Source: a virus
Length of the DNA: 47,628 nt
IMG/VR virus record: IMGVR_UViG_3300029258_001468
Direction: 5' to 3' (one strand)
The notes below the pieces were generated by a model. The model saw nothing but the letters and a program-made list of their open reading frames with translations. It searched no databases and was not told where the DNA came from. Below, piece by piece: positions 9,319 to 18,593 of the stretch (positions within the stretch are counted from its first letter, which is position 1; each line of letters begins with the position of its first letter). A program made the translations under genes and the position numbers.

Positions 9319-9764
9319 GCGAACTGATAGCGAACGACGGAATGCAAATATCGGCGACCTCACTTGGAGCGTGGATACCGGGCGACCCGAATTTGCCGGT
9401 TGATATGTCGCTTGTCAAGACACCGGCTGACGCTGCTGACTGCCCGGACGGAGAAGACGTATTGACAAAGGAGATTTCGTGGACCGTGGTGCCAGCAGCA
9501 TGCGTCTTGGCAGGAAACACGCACGTTGGAGGTAGCTCCTCCCCGATACTGCCACCGGGACCGGGAACAGGAGCACCAATCGAGGCCACAGCGCAGAAGG
9601 TGAAGTGTAAGGCCCTCGGCTCCCCGGAAGCTGTCCTCCGGAAGGGAGACACCGGGAAGTGCAACGGGTCTTTTACGCTGAACGTGTCGCCGTTTACGAC
9701 GACGTACTGCCAGTGCGACTTCGAGATAACAGACGCGAACCAAACGAAAGCGAAGGCTGAGTGA
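9315..9764 (+). CDS. Hypothetical Cys-containing baseplate protein (possible spike-tip protein)
   Basis: ATGA-coupled after the spike gene, 149 aa. No family recognised. Confidence 0.5.
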   Translation: MSELIANDGMQISATSLGAWIPGDPNLPVDMSLVKTPADAADCPDGEDVLTKEISWTVVPAACVLAGNTHVGGSSSPILPPGPGTGAPIEATAQKVKCKALGSPEAVLRKGDTGKCNGSFTLNVSPFTTTYCQCDFEITDANQTKAKAE

Positions 9765-10129
9765 TGGCGGAAATAAAAGACCTTAAGCTATCGGACGACT
9801 TGCACGACCTCGTGTTCGAGGACTACGACTTGTCGTTCGTATCCGGACTTGACAGGGTAAAACAGAACATGAGAATCCGGCTTTGGACTTTTGCCGAGGA
9901 GTGGTTCCTCGACACGTCGGTCGGTTTGCCGTGGTTCACCGAAATCAACGTCAAGGCACCGAATTTACAGGCAATAGACGCACTCCTCCGGCGCGAGATT
10001 CTCGCTGTACAGGACGTGCTTGAGATAGTGGAGTTCACCTTAGACTACAACGCTGCTGCTCGAACCATGCAGGTCGACTTTAAGGCGAAGACCAACTTCG
10101 GCGAGCTAAGCGTAAGAGAGGCGATATGA
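9764..10129 (+). CDS. Baseplate wedge protein (gpW / gp25-like)
   Basis: TGATG coupling, about 121 aa, immediately upstream of the Baseplate-J-like gene. Confidence 0.55.
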   Translation: MAEIKDLKLSDDLHDLVFEDYDLSFVSGLDRVKQNMRIRLWTFAEEWFLDTSVGLPWFTEINVKAPNLQAIDALLRREILAVQDVLEIVEFTLDYNAAARTMQVDFKAKTNFGELSVREAI

Positions 10130-11646
10130 CTTTCGGATTGACAAACGACGGTTTCACGTTAAAGCGACTGGCCGACATTCGCACCGAGATAGAGGACGCT
10201 TTCAAATCTCAGTGGGGAGAGGTCAACGTCGGAGCGGACTCGGTAAACGGTCAGCTCATCGGTGTTTTCTCGAAGCCACTGGCCGACGTGTGGGAACAGC
10301 TGGAAAAGGTGTATCTGAGTCAAAAGCCCTCCGCGTCGGAGGGGGTTTCCCTTGACGACATCGTGCAATACCTCGGCATTCTCCGCACCGCTGCTACCAA
10401 CGCAATCGCGACGGTCGCGTGCGAAGGAAACCACGGGGTTGTCATCCCGGCTGGCAACAGGGTTCGGGCGTCGGAAACACTGGAGGAGTGGGAAGCTGCT
10501 TCGGCTATCACCATCAGCCGACTTAACATGCTCCGCTCCACGTTCGAAATCGTGACGGCGAACGACAGCACGTCCTACTCGGTGACGATAAACTACCCGG
10601 TAGGAGGAGCGCCGGTCGTCAGCAACTACACGTCCGGAGTGGGACAGACCAAAGAGGCGATTGCCACGGCTCTCGCTGCCGTCGTTGCGTCGGACCACAC
10701 CGGCGATTTGACGGTGGTTGACAACTTAGACGGAACCTTCACGGTCACAGCTACTGACTTGACAACCGAATGGGCCGGGTCGATTTCCGGCGCAGACACT
10801 GACCAACCGGCAATATGGACGCCGGGTTCTTTCCTGTCAATCAACACTGGAGCCATCACCGCTCCGGCTGGAGCCATCGACACGATAGTCAACGCGGTGT
10901 CGAACTGGCGCGACGTAGAGAACCTCATCGCTGCGACACCGGGGACGGCAACCGAGACAGATACAGCTTTACGGGCAAGAAGAGAGGAGTTCATTTCGTC
11001 GGTCGGCGCTGCTACCGTCCCGAAGATAGAGTCGCGCATCCTGCAGGAAGTTGACGACGTGTCAAGCGTCTTTGTAGTCGAGAACAGGAGCAGCGTCACT
11101 GACGGTGCCGGTCGTCCTCCGCACTCGTTCGAAACCGTGGTGCAGGGAGGTCTAGACCAAGACGTCGCCGACAAGATTTGGGAGGTGAAGCCAGCCGGTA
11201 TCGCCACCTTTGGAAACGTGAACGGAGGGTCCGGTGTTGCGGTCATCGACTCGCAGGGCAACCAACAGTTCATGAAGTTCTCCCGACCGATACCGCTGTA
11301 CATCTGGTGCTACGTGGAGTTTGTCAAGTACGACGAAGAGGTCTTCCCGGCTGACGGCGTCAACCTCATAAAGGAAGCGATACGCGATTGGGGCAACGCT
11401 CTTGGCATCGGGGTCGATGTCATCCGTCAACGAATAGCGATACCGATTTACACGATACCGGGAGTCGGGACCATCGACGTGTGGCTTTACAGCAACACTG
11501 TGTCGACGTCAACTCCGGTGAGGCCCGTGCCTCCGACCGGGAACGACTACGACCAGCTGGACCACGAGGTTGCAGCGAACGAAATCTCGACGTGGACGAA
11601 CGTCGACGACGTCAACAACATCGAGGTCGTGGATATCACACCATGA
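10126..11646 (+). CDS. Baseplate J-like wedge protein
   Basis: 506 aa, with an N-terminus typical of gpJ/gp47 family proteins (GFT.KRLADIR.EIE..F...G). ATGA coupling on both sides. Confidence 0.75.
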   Translation: MTFGLTNDGFTLKRLADIRTEIEDAFKSQWGEVNVGADSVNGQLIGVFSKPLADVWEQLEKVYLSQKPSASEGVSLDDIVQYLGILRTAATNAIATVACEGNHGVVIPAGNRVRASETLEEWEAASAITISRLNMLRSTFEIVTANDSTSYSVTINYPVGGAPVVSNYTSGVGQTKEAIATALAAVVASDHTGDLTVVDNLDGTFTVTATDLTTEWAGSISGADTDQPAIWTPGSFLSINTGAITAPAGAIDTIVNAVSNWRDVENLIAATPGTATETDTALRARREEFISSVGAATVPKIESRILQEVDDVSSVFVVENRSSVTDGAGRPPHSFETVVQGGLDQDVADKIWEVKPAGIATFGNVNGGSGVAVIDSQGNQQFMKFSRPIPLYIWCYVEFVKYDEEVFPADGVNLIKEAIRDWGNALGIGVDVIRQRIAIPIYTIPGVGTIDVWLYSNTVSTSTPVRPVPPTGNDYDQLDHEVAANEISTWTNVDDVNNIEVVDITP

Positions 11647-11915
11647 AGCTCCTAGAACGAATAAAGCTCTACGGAGAAGTCGTCATGGTTTGCGGTGCGG
11701 TCATGGGTGGTGCTCTTGCTCTGTTCTCGAAGTTCTACCTCTTGCCGTTGATAAAGGAGGAGCTGGTCTACGTTATCTACTGTCAAGAAGAGTTGTTGAC
11801 TCGAAAACAGACGATAGACGCACTTGACAGATGGGAATTGTACAAAAAGACCGGCCAATACGTACCACCGAAAAAAGGAGAAGACGATGCCGAAGACAGG
11901 CGCGGAACTGATTGA
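11643..11915 (+). CDS. Hypothetical protein with one predicted TM helix
   Basis: ATGA overlap with gpJ. Hydrophobic stretch VVMVCGAVMGGALALF. Confidence 0.55.
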   Translation: MKLLERIKLYGEVVMVCGAVMGGALALFSKFYLLPLIKEELVYVIYCQEELLTRKQTIDALDRWELYKKTGQYVPPKKGEDDAEDRRGTD

Positions 11916-12141
11916 ACTAAACGGAGGCGTGAATCCTCTTAACGCCATCGACCCGGAGAAGACCTACGTTGGTCACTCAAGACGGGTTCGGGTAGCGATG
12001 CGGTACCCCGTTACTGGCGAAGACGGAAAGAAGATTCGCCTCAACTTCGACGCGGTCCTCGACGAGGCAGCGTTCGAGGAGCTGGCTGCACCGGCACGAG
12101 AGTTTCTTATTAAGTGGATAGAAAAACACTTGACACCGTAG
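11887..12141 (+). CDS. Hypothetical protein
   Basis: ATG after AAAAAGGAGAAG. The longer ORF from 11824 was rejected. Confidence 0.5.
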   Translation: MPKTGAELIELNGGVNPLNAIDPEKTYVGHSRRVRVAMRYPVTGEDGKKIRLNFDAVLDEAAFEELAAPAREFLIKWIEKHLTP

Positions 12142-12153
12142 AGAGATACGAAT

Positions 12154-14358
12154 ATGGCCTCATATACAGTAGCACAAGCTGGCGATTGGGACGACACGAA
12201 CACGTGGAACGAGTCCGGTACGCCGGGTTCGGGCGACGACGTCACAATTGACAACTACAAAGTAACGATGACACAGGCGGAGACGGCTGGTTCAGTCGTC
12301 ATTGACGGAGGAGAACTTGACCAAGACGGGTACAAGTTGACACTCGACAACGACGTAGCAGACGCTGACCTGTTCATCATCGCAAACGTGCAGGACATCT
12401 ACACACCGAACGGTGGCGAAGTCGAGCTTACCGGTTCCGGTAACGTGGAAAATCCGCACTGGTCCAACGACATCGACAAACTGACGATGGCTGCGAACGG
12501 AAAAACGAACGACGTGACAGGTGACTGCCGGGTGAGCGTCCTCGTCGTCGGCACCGGGACGGTTGACATCCACAGTGGTGTGTCGTTGCAGCCGGGGCAG
12601 GGAGCTTCCGGTGGAACGCAAATCTACTACGACTCCGGGTGCACGTACACCGGTTGGGGGGAGATATTCTTCTACACGCAGAGCACCGGGACGCAGACCG
12701 TCGCCGGTTTTGACGCTGGTGGCATCGGTATCAGCTGGTTCGGCTCAGGCTCCGGCAGCTTTCAGATACTAGGCAACTTCGAGACTACAGGCGGATGCTG
12801 GATGTGGCACTACGGGGATTTCGACACCAACGGATACAACACGGAATCGGACGGACTCTACCTCAACGACTGCACGTTCCGGTGCCGAACCGGGACGCAC
12901 GACCACGGCTCCGTCACAACGTTCTCGGCTGGTGTCGATTTCGAACTTGACAGCTGCACTTTCAAGTGTGCAGGTACCTTTGACCTCGGCTCCGGCTCGA
13001 ACATCGACAACACCAAGGAAACCGGCTCGTGGTCGACTCTCATCTTTGACGGCTCCGGCGCTCAGTCGTTCGACCCACACGGCGACGACATCGGCCACAT
13101 CGAGATTGACAAGAGCGGAGGCACGTTGACGATGCAGGACCAGCTCGGCTGCGTCGACTTTACAAACACAGCTGGAACGTTCGACTCCGGCTCTAACTAC
13201 GCAATAGACATCGACGGCGACTTCTCACTTGACGGCGGTACTGTCGATTTTAACACTTCTACTCTGACAATAGCAGGTGGATACGACCGGGCGAGCGGAA
13301 CGACGTTGACGGCAGACGGCTCGCTCACTTTTGACGGCACCTCCGGCACGCACACCATCAACTCCGGCACCGGTCTTTTCCCGAACTTCACGGTCAACGG
13401 CACCGGTGGAACGTGGGAGTGGTCCGGGACAGGAGGCTTCGACGAAGTGACGGTGACGAATGGGACTCTCGACCTCGTTGGTTCGAGCAGCACTTCGTGG
13501 ACCTCCCTAACCGTCAACGCAAACGGCATCTTCCGAGGAGGCTCCGCTACACTGGAGGTCTACGGCAGTGTCGTCATCAACTCGTCTTCAAACACAGACT
13601 TCGAGACCAGCACCGTCTTGATGGCTGGTTCTTCGACGTCAATCACGAACACCGCGTCCGGGAACGCGTTTTACAACCTCGAAATCAACTCCAGTGGAAC
13701 ACCGAGCACGACCGGCGCGTTCTACGTAGACAACGAGTTCTTAATCACAGCAGGTACGTTCGACCTGAACGGCCACAACATGACGACCCACGACTTCACG
13801 CTCGACGGAGGGACGTTTGACGCTTCTGATGGAACACCGAGTATCAACATATCCGGGGACGTAGACGTCGCCGGTGCAGCGACCATCAACGAAGGCTCTT
13901 CGAAGTTCGTTCTTGACGGGGACACTGCGCAGTCTATCGATTGGGGCGACGAGGACATAAACGACCTCGACGTGACCAACGTTGTCGGAACCGTGAGCTT
14001 CACATCCCGGCTCGACGTGAAGGGAACGTTCGCTCCCGGAAACGGCGCTGCTACAGTCCGCTGCGAATTCGCAACATCCGGTTCGCACTACTGGAACGCG
14101 ATTGACACCTCCGGCGCTAGCGGAACTGGAAGCGTTGAGATTGACAGCATAGGAGGCGTCAGCCAGTTCGCGCTCACGATAGGAAGCAATCAAACCGTCA
14201 CATCGGTTGACGTTTCACAAAGTAACTTGACAGGGTTCACAATCGACGCTACCGACCCGACGAATATCGACAGCGGTAGCAACTCGTCGAATTGGCTCTT
14301 TAGCGGTGGAGACAGTGTTCCTCAGAAAATCTATAACTACAGAAGGAGACGTGTATGA
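12154..14358 (+). CDS. Tail fibre/spike protein with beta-helix-like degenerate G/T/D-rich repeats
   Basis: 734 aa. Recurrent ...GGT.D..G....TL.G... segments. Sits in the tail-fibre block. Confidence 0.65.
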   Translation: MASYTVAQAGDWDDTNTWNESGTPGSGDDVTIDNYKVTMTQAETAGSVVIDGGELDQDGYKLTLDNDVADADLFIIANVQDIYTPNGGEVELTGSGNVENPHWSNDIDKLTMAANGKTNDVTGDCRVSVLVVGTGTVDIHSGVSLQPGQGASGGTQIYYDSGCTYTGWGEIFFYTQSTGTQTVAGFDAGGIGISWFGSGSGSFQILGNFETTGGCWMWHYGDFDTNGYNTESDGLYLNDCTFRCRTGTHDHGSVTTFSAGVDFELDSCTFKCAGTFDLGSGSNIDNTKETGSWSTLIFDGSGAQSFDPHGDDIGHIEIDKSGGTLTMQDQLGCVDFTNTAGTFDSGSNYAIDIDGDFSLDGGTVDFNTSTLTIAGGYDRASGTTLTADGSLTFDGTSGTHTINSGTGLFPNFTVNGTGGTWEWSGTGGFDEVTVTNGTLDLVGSSSTSWTSLTVNANGIFRGGSATLEVYGSVVINSSSNTDFETSTVLMAGSSTSITNTASGNAFYNLEINSSGTPSTTGAFYVDNEFLITAGTFDLNGHNMTTHDFTLDGGTFDASDGTPSINISGDVDVAGAATINEGSSKFVLDGDTAQSIDWGDEDINDLDVTNVVGTVSFTSRLDVKGTFAPGNGAATVRCEFATSGSHYWNAIDTSGASGTGSVEIDSIGGVSQFALTIGSNQTVTSVDVSQSNLTGFTIDATDPTNIDSGSNSSNWLFSGGDSVPQKIYNYRRRRV

Positions 14359-16418
14359 CATTCCTCAAAGCAAACACCTCAGCGGTGCTGCAGATGGGGC
14401 CTTTCCTCGACGAGGACGACGGGAAAACCCCGGAGACGACGTTGACTATCAATACGTCCGACGTTCGTCTCAGTAAAGGCGGAAACGACTTCGCAGCCAA
14501 GACCAGCGCTACGGCGACGACTCATGACGAAAACGGGTGGTACAAGGTTACGCTAAGCGCGTCGGACCTCAACTTTGCCAACGGTAGACTCATCGTGTCA
14601 ATCGACGTAGCCGGTGCTCTCCCAGTATGGCGCGAGTTTCAGGTAGTCGACGCTCAGGCGTACGACTCGCTGTACGCGAATCAGGGCGACAAGCTGGAAG
14701 TCGACCTCGTCAAGATTGACGGGCAAGACACCGATGGCAACAACGCGACGTTGAACCTCAAGCAGCTTAACTGTCAGAACGCAGACGGCGACGCAATCGT
14801 AGCGTTCAGCACTGACGTCGGCTCTCACGGTTTACACACGAGAGGTGGACAGAACGGAGCAGGGCAGTACAACGAAGGAAACGCCTCCGGTGGAAAGGGC
14901 ATGCACAACCAAGGACGTATCAGCCAGCCCGGTATGCAGAACAACGGAGTCAACTCCCACGGTATGTACAACCAAGGAAACGGTTCCGGCCACGGACAGT
15001 ACAACTACGGTGGTGCTGGTGGCGACGGGCAGAACAACCTCGGTGGCGCCACCTCCGGGAATGGCGCGACCTTTCAGAAGGGTGCCGGTGGTTCATACGA
15101 CATTGACGCCGACGAACTCCAAAACATCCCGTCCGCAGCCGACAACGCGGATGCCGTTTGGGACGAGCCGATCGCCGGTCACACTACCGGGACCACATTT
15201 GGTGGCAAGAATCAGAAGGTCGTTCCTTCCGAGACCATCAACGACTACAAGGCCGACGTTTCCGGCCTGTCAACTTTTGACCATACGACGGACGAAGTCG
15301 ATATCGGTGCCGTCAAAGGCGCTGGTGTCACTGGCGTTAACGACTTCAAAGCCGACGTATCCGGTCTTTCGACGTTTGACCACACGACGGACGAGGTCGA
15401 CATCGGCGCTGTGAAGGGCGCTGGAGTGACAGGTGTCAATGATTTCAAAGCGGATGTTTCCGGTCTGTCAACTTTCGACCATACAACCGACGAAGTAGAC
15501 ATCGGCGCTGTGAAGGGCACCGGCGTGACAGACGTCGACGATTTCAAGGCGGACGTGTCCGGCCTGTCGACATTCGACCCGTCGACCGATGAGGTTGACA
15601 TCGGTAAAGTGAAGGGCGCGGGCGTCACCGGGGTCAACGACTTCAAGGCCAATGTGTCCGGTCTTTCCACCTTTGACCCGGCCACAGACGAAGTTGACGT
15701 CGGTAAAGTGAACGGTGCTACCGTCACCGGTGTGAACGACTTCAAGGCTGACGTGTCGGGCCTCTCCACCTTCGACCACACCACCGACGAGGTGGATATC
15801 GGAGCAGTGAAGGGAGCAGGTGTGACAGGCGTCAATGACTTCAAGGCAGACGTTTCAGGACTCTCGACCTTTGACCCGTCCACGGACGAAGTAGACGTCG
15901 GAGCTGTTAGCGGAACACCGGTTTCTTCGGTTAACGACTTCAAGGCGGATGTCTCAGGTCTTGGAACGTTGGCAGGTCAGGCCACCATTAACAACAACGT
16001 CCTAGCAAACAACGTCGATATCGGCGTCGTAGACGGCAAGGTTGACACTCTGCAAACCGACATTGACGACATCCAGCTCTCGCTCGTCACCATCACTAAT
16101 GACATTGACCAGATATTGGTCGACACGACATCGCTGACTGCTGGTGTGCAGCTGTCAACTCAGGGTAAGGCCGACGTGAAAGATCAGGTCGACACCGCAT
16201 TGACAAGCGACACTGTGGCGCAGAATCCTCCGGGAGCACCGGCAGCGACACCGACCGTTCACGGTCTACTGTCGTTCCTCTACGCTGGCCGGGCCTTCGA
16301 GGTAGAGCAGACACAGACGAAAACGACAATGAAGAACAGCTCAGGAACCCCAATACACGAAGCCGACTTCTTCGAGGACGACACCGTCACGAGAAGCGGT
16401 AAGTTTGGAGCACCTTAA
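14355..16418 (+). CDS. Tail fibre protein with Gly-rich segment and 33-aa tandem repeats
   Basis: ATGA coupling, 687 aa. Contains a (G/N/Q)-rich stretch followed by 7.4 copies of NDFKADVSGLSTFDHTTDEVDIGAVKGAGVTGV. Confidence 0.7.
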   Translation: MTFLKANTSAVLQMGPFLDEDDGKTPETTLTINTSDVRLSKGGNDFAAKTSATATTHDENGWYKVTLSASDLNFANGRLIVSIDVAGALPVWREFQVVDAQAYDSLYANQGDKLEVDLVKIDGQDTDGNNATLNLKQLNCQNADGDAIVAFSTDVGSHGLHTRGGQNGAGQYNEGNASGGKGMHNQGRISQPGMQNNGVNSHGMYNQGNGSGHGQYNYGGAGGDGQNNLGGATSGNGATFQKGAGGSYDIDADELQNIPSAADNADAVWDEPIAGHTTGTTFGGKNQKVVPSETINDYKADVSGLSTFDHTTDEVDIGAVKGAGVTGVNDFKADVSGLSTFDHTTDEVDIGAVKGAGVTGVNDFKADVSGLSTFDHTTDEVDIGAVKGTGVTDVDDFKADVSGLSTFDPSTDEVDIGKVKGAGVTGVNDFKANVSGLSTFDPATDEVDVGKVNGATVTGVNDFKADVSGLSTFDHTTDEVDIGAVKGAGVTGVNDFKADVSGLSTFDPSTDEVDVGAVSGTPVSSVNDFKADVSGLGTLAGQATINNNVLANNVDIGVVDGKVDTLQTDIDDIQLSLVTITNDIDQILVDTTSLTAGVQLSTQGKADVKDQVDTALTSDTVAQNPPGAPAATPTVHGLLSFLYAGRAFEVEQTQTKTTMKNSSGTPIHEADFFEDDTVTRSGKFGAP
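15240..15968 (+). repeat. 99-bp in-frame tandem repeat, about 7.4 copies, inside the tail fibre gene
   Basis: Exact 99-nt periodicity (units start at 15240, 15339 and so on to 15933). Peptide units are nearly identical; the DNA units differ mainly at third codon positions. Confidence 0.95.
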
Positions 16419-16630
16419 TGGCTGCTGATACGAAACCAAAACGACTCAACGCCTTGGTCTTTCGGGTGGGCCTTCGGGTCCTCCCGATTCCCAATGGCGA
16501 AACCGACAACCGGGACCGGGCGGTCATGTTGGAGCGGTACACCGTCTTGACAAGCGGTAGCTACATCAGCGACCACGTCGACCGGGCGAAAGCGCTCCTC
16601 ATCGAGCAGTTTCGGTCGGACAGACCGTAG
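16418..16630 (+). CDS. Hypothetical protein
   Basis: TAATG coupling to the fibre gene, 70 aa. Confidence 0.5.
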   Translation: MAADTKPKRLNALVFRVGLRVLPIPNGETDNRDRAVMLERYTVLTSGSYISDHVDRAKALLIEQFRSDRP

Positions 16631-16642
16631 GGAGATTGACAG

Positions 16643-17179
16643 ATGGCACAAAACCTCAAAGCGATGGTCGGCATCCTCGTTTCTCAGGTGCAGGAGCTAG
16701 AAAACCAGCTCTCCCTGTTGGACACCAAGCGCCGAATAAACACCGCGCTAGGCGACCAGCTTGACACGGTCGGCGAGATAGCCGGGGAGCCTCGTCTCGG
16801 TCGCGACGACGAAGAGTACCGCTCCGCTATCAAGTCGCGTTTACTGGTCAACCAAGGAAGCGGAACTCCGGAAGAGCTGCTCACCGCGTTGCAGTTTCTC
16901 ACACAGGCGACGAACATGAGCGTCGTCGAGGTGCAACCGGCGACCGTCATCCTCTACACGGACGGAACGGAAATAGCGCCGACGCTGACCACCGACATGC
17001 TCAAGCTTAAACCTGCAGGCGTCAATTTACAGATACAAATCATAGCTGGTGGTATACCGTTCTCGTTCGACGACGAGGGAGGGGTACCGCGTCCACCGGA
17101 AGGTAAGAGCTTCTCCGAGTACAACTACACGGAGGGTGGAGCGCCGGTCGGAGGTCAGTTTACAGAGGCACTTCTATAA
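16643..17179 (+). CDS. Baseplate/tail-fibre-associated protein (DUF2612 / gpI-like candidate)
   Basis: GGGAG RBS. The LD.VGEI.GE.R motif resembles DUF2612 proteins. Confidence 0.45.
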   Translation: MAQNLKAMVGILVSQVQELENQLSLLDTKRRINTALGDQLDTVGEIAGEPRLGRDDEEYRSAIKSRLLVNQGSGTPEELLTALQFLTQATNMSVVEVQPATVILYTDGTEIAPTLTTDMLKLKPAGVNLQIQIIAGGIPFSFDDEGGVPRPPEGKSFSEYNYTEGGAPVGGQFTEALL

Positions 17180-17193
17180 AAGGAGATTGACAG

Positions 17194-18285
17194 ATGCCAT
17201 ACACACGTCCAACTAAGCTACCAAGGTACACGTTCCTCGACGACGGGAACGGAACAGACAACGACGTCGTCAACCCGACGTCCGGTCAGAACAACGTAGT
17301 CGAACCGAGCGAAGCGAAAAAAGACCTCGGTTGGGACTTTAAGGAGTTCCCTCCCCGGAACTGGATGAACTGGCTACACCGGTTGACCGGTCAGTGGCTC
17401 GGCTTCCTCAACCAACAGGAACAGGACCACGAAACCCGGATAACCCTCGGCGAGGTATTCGACACTGCCTACGCTGCAGCAGTAGCCGAAAACGCTAACA
17501 CCAGCAATCTGTACTTCTCACTACAGGCAATGAGCGCCGACTACATCGCCGGGATGAGGCTACGAAAGACCGGCACTTTACGGTTGTCAATCGACCCCGG
17601 CTCCGTCGCCGTTCAACGGACGACCGCTTTTAATGGAACCGTCATTTCCACCGTACCTAATACAGTAGACCAACTACTGGCAGACTGGCTAACCGCTTCG
17701 CATCCTGCTCCAGCAGCGAACACGTGGTACCACCTTTTCTACTGCATCGACACGACGAAAACGACGAGTTGGTCCTACAAAGCCGACACCGACATCGGTG
17801 GTGCGACGATTCTTGGGGACACGACGTACACCCACCTTCGCCGTATCGGGTCCGTATTGACAGATGCAACACCGGAGATCATCGACTTCTTTCAGAGGGG
17901 CGACATGTTCTACTGGAAGGACAACGTGAAGGACGTCAACGGCGTCGCTGTTCCGTCGTCCTACCCAATGACCGCCTACGGTTTGACAACACCGGAAGAC
18001 GTAGAGGTTGATGCGTTTGTCAATATCCGTGTTAACGCTACCGGCAGCGCACAGTGGAATTGGGTCATGGATGGGATACAAAACCCGGCTTCCGGCCCGA
18101 ATCCAACCATCGCGAGGCAGATAACAGCAGCAGGAGGAAACTCGGCGCACATTGAAACCGCCGTGAGAACCAACCTCGACCGGGAGATATACCTGCGGTC
18201 CGGAGGTGGTGCAGGGTCCAACACGACAGACCTTTACACCATCGGGTGGAAGGACCCACGTGGCAGAAAAGAGCTAGAAGCCTAA
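17194..18285 (+). CDS. Tail fibre / receptor-binding protein candidate
   Basis: AAGGAG RBS, 363 aa, last structural gene before the lysis genes. Confidence 0.5.
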   Translation: MPYTRPTKLPRYTFLDDGNGTDNDVVNPTSGQNNVVEPSEAKKDLGWDFKEFPPRNWMNWLHRLTGQWLGFLNQQEQDHETRITLGEVFDTAYAAAVAENANTSNLYFSLQAMSADYIAGMRLRKTGTLRLSIDPGSVAVQRTTAFNGTVISTVPNTVDQLLADWLTASHPAPAANTWYHLFYCIDTTKTTSWSYKADTDIGGATILGDTTYTHLRRIGSVLTDATPEIIDFFQRGDMFYWKDNVKDVNGVAVPSSYPMTAYGLTTPEDVEVDAFVNIRVNATGSAQWNWVMDGIQNPASGPNPTIARQITAAGGNSAHIETAVRTNLDREIYLRSGGGAGSNTTDLYTIGWKDPRGRKELEA

Positions 18286-18309
18286 TTGACAGAGTAGAAA
18301 GGACACAAG

Positions 18310-18579
18310 ATGACTGCACTCCAGTTTCTCAACCAGCCGATCGTGGTAGCGTTTCTCACTGCCGGTGTTGTGCTGTTGGGCTACTGGTTGAACGCTAAGA
18401 AAGACAGCAACCAACGAGTAGGAAACAAGGTAGACAAGGCCAGCTGCTCAGCCTTCCGGAAGAGGATAGGCAAGGAGGTGGAAGACGTACAGCACGAAAC
18501 CGAAGTGGTTAAAAAGGCGCTGGTGTTCATCGTCGCGAAAATGGACGGCGACCCACGTGAACTTGGACTTATTGATTGA
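18310..18579 (+). CDS. Holin candidate (single N-terminal TM helix)
   Basis: TM segment PIVVAFLTAGVVLLGYWL followed by a charged tail. Lies immediately upstream of the lipase and peptidase genes. Confidence 0.45.
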   Translation: MTALQFLNQPIVVAFLTAGVVLLGYWLNAKKDSNQRVGNKVDKASCSAFRKRIGKEVEDVQHETEVVKKALVFIVAKMDGDPRELGLID

Positions 18580-18593
18580 CAAAGGAGAAGACC

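Noticed and set aside
15245-15943. 232-aa - strand ORF across the tandem repeats
   Set aside because: It is the antisense reading of the 99-bp repeats. Its periodicity merely mirrors the + strand fibre repeats.
15240-15968. Possible CRISPR-like array (regular repeats)
   Set aside because: The units are contiguous with no spacers, 99 nt long, in frame, and code for a conserved peptide inside a tail fibre gene.
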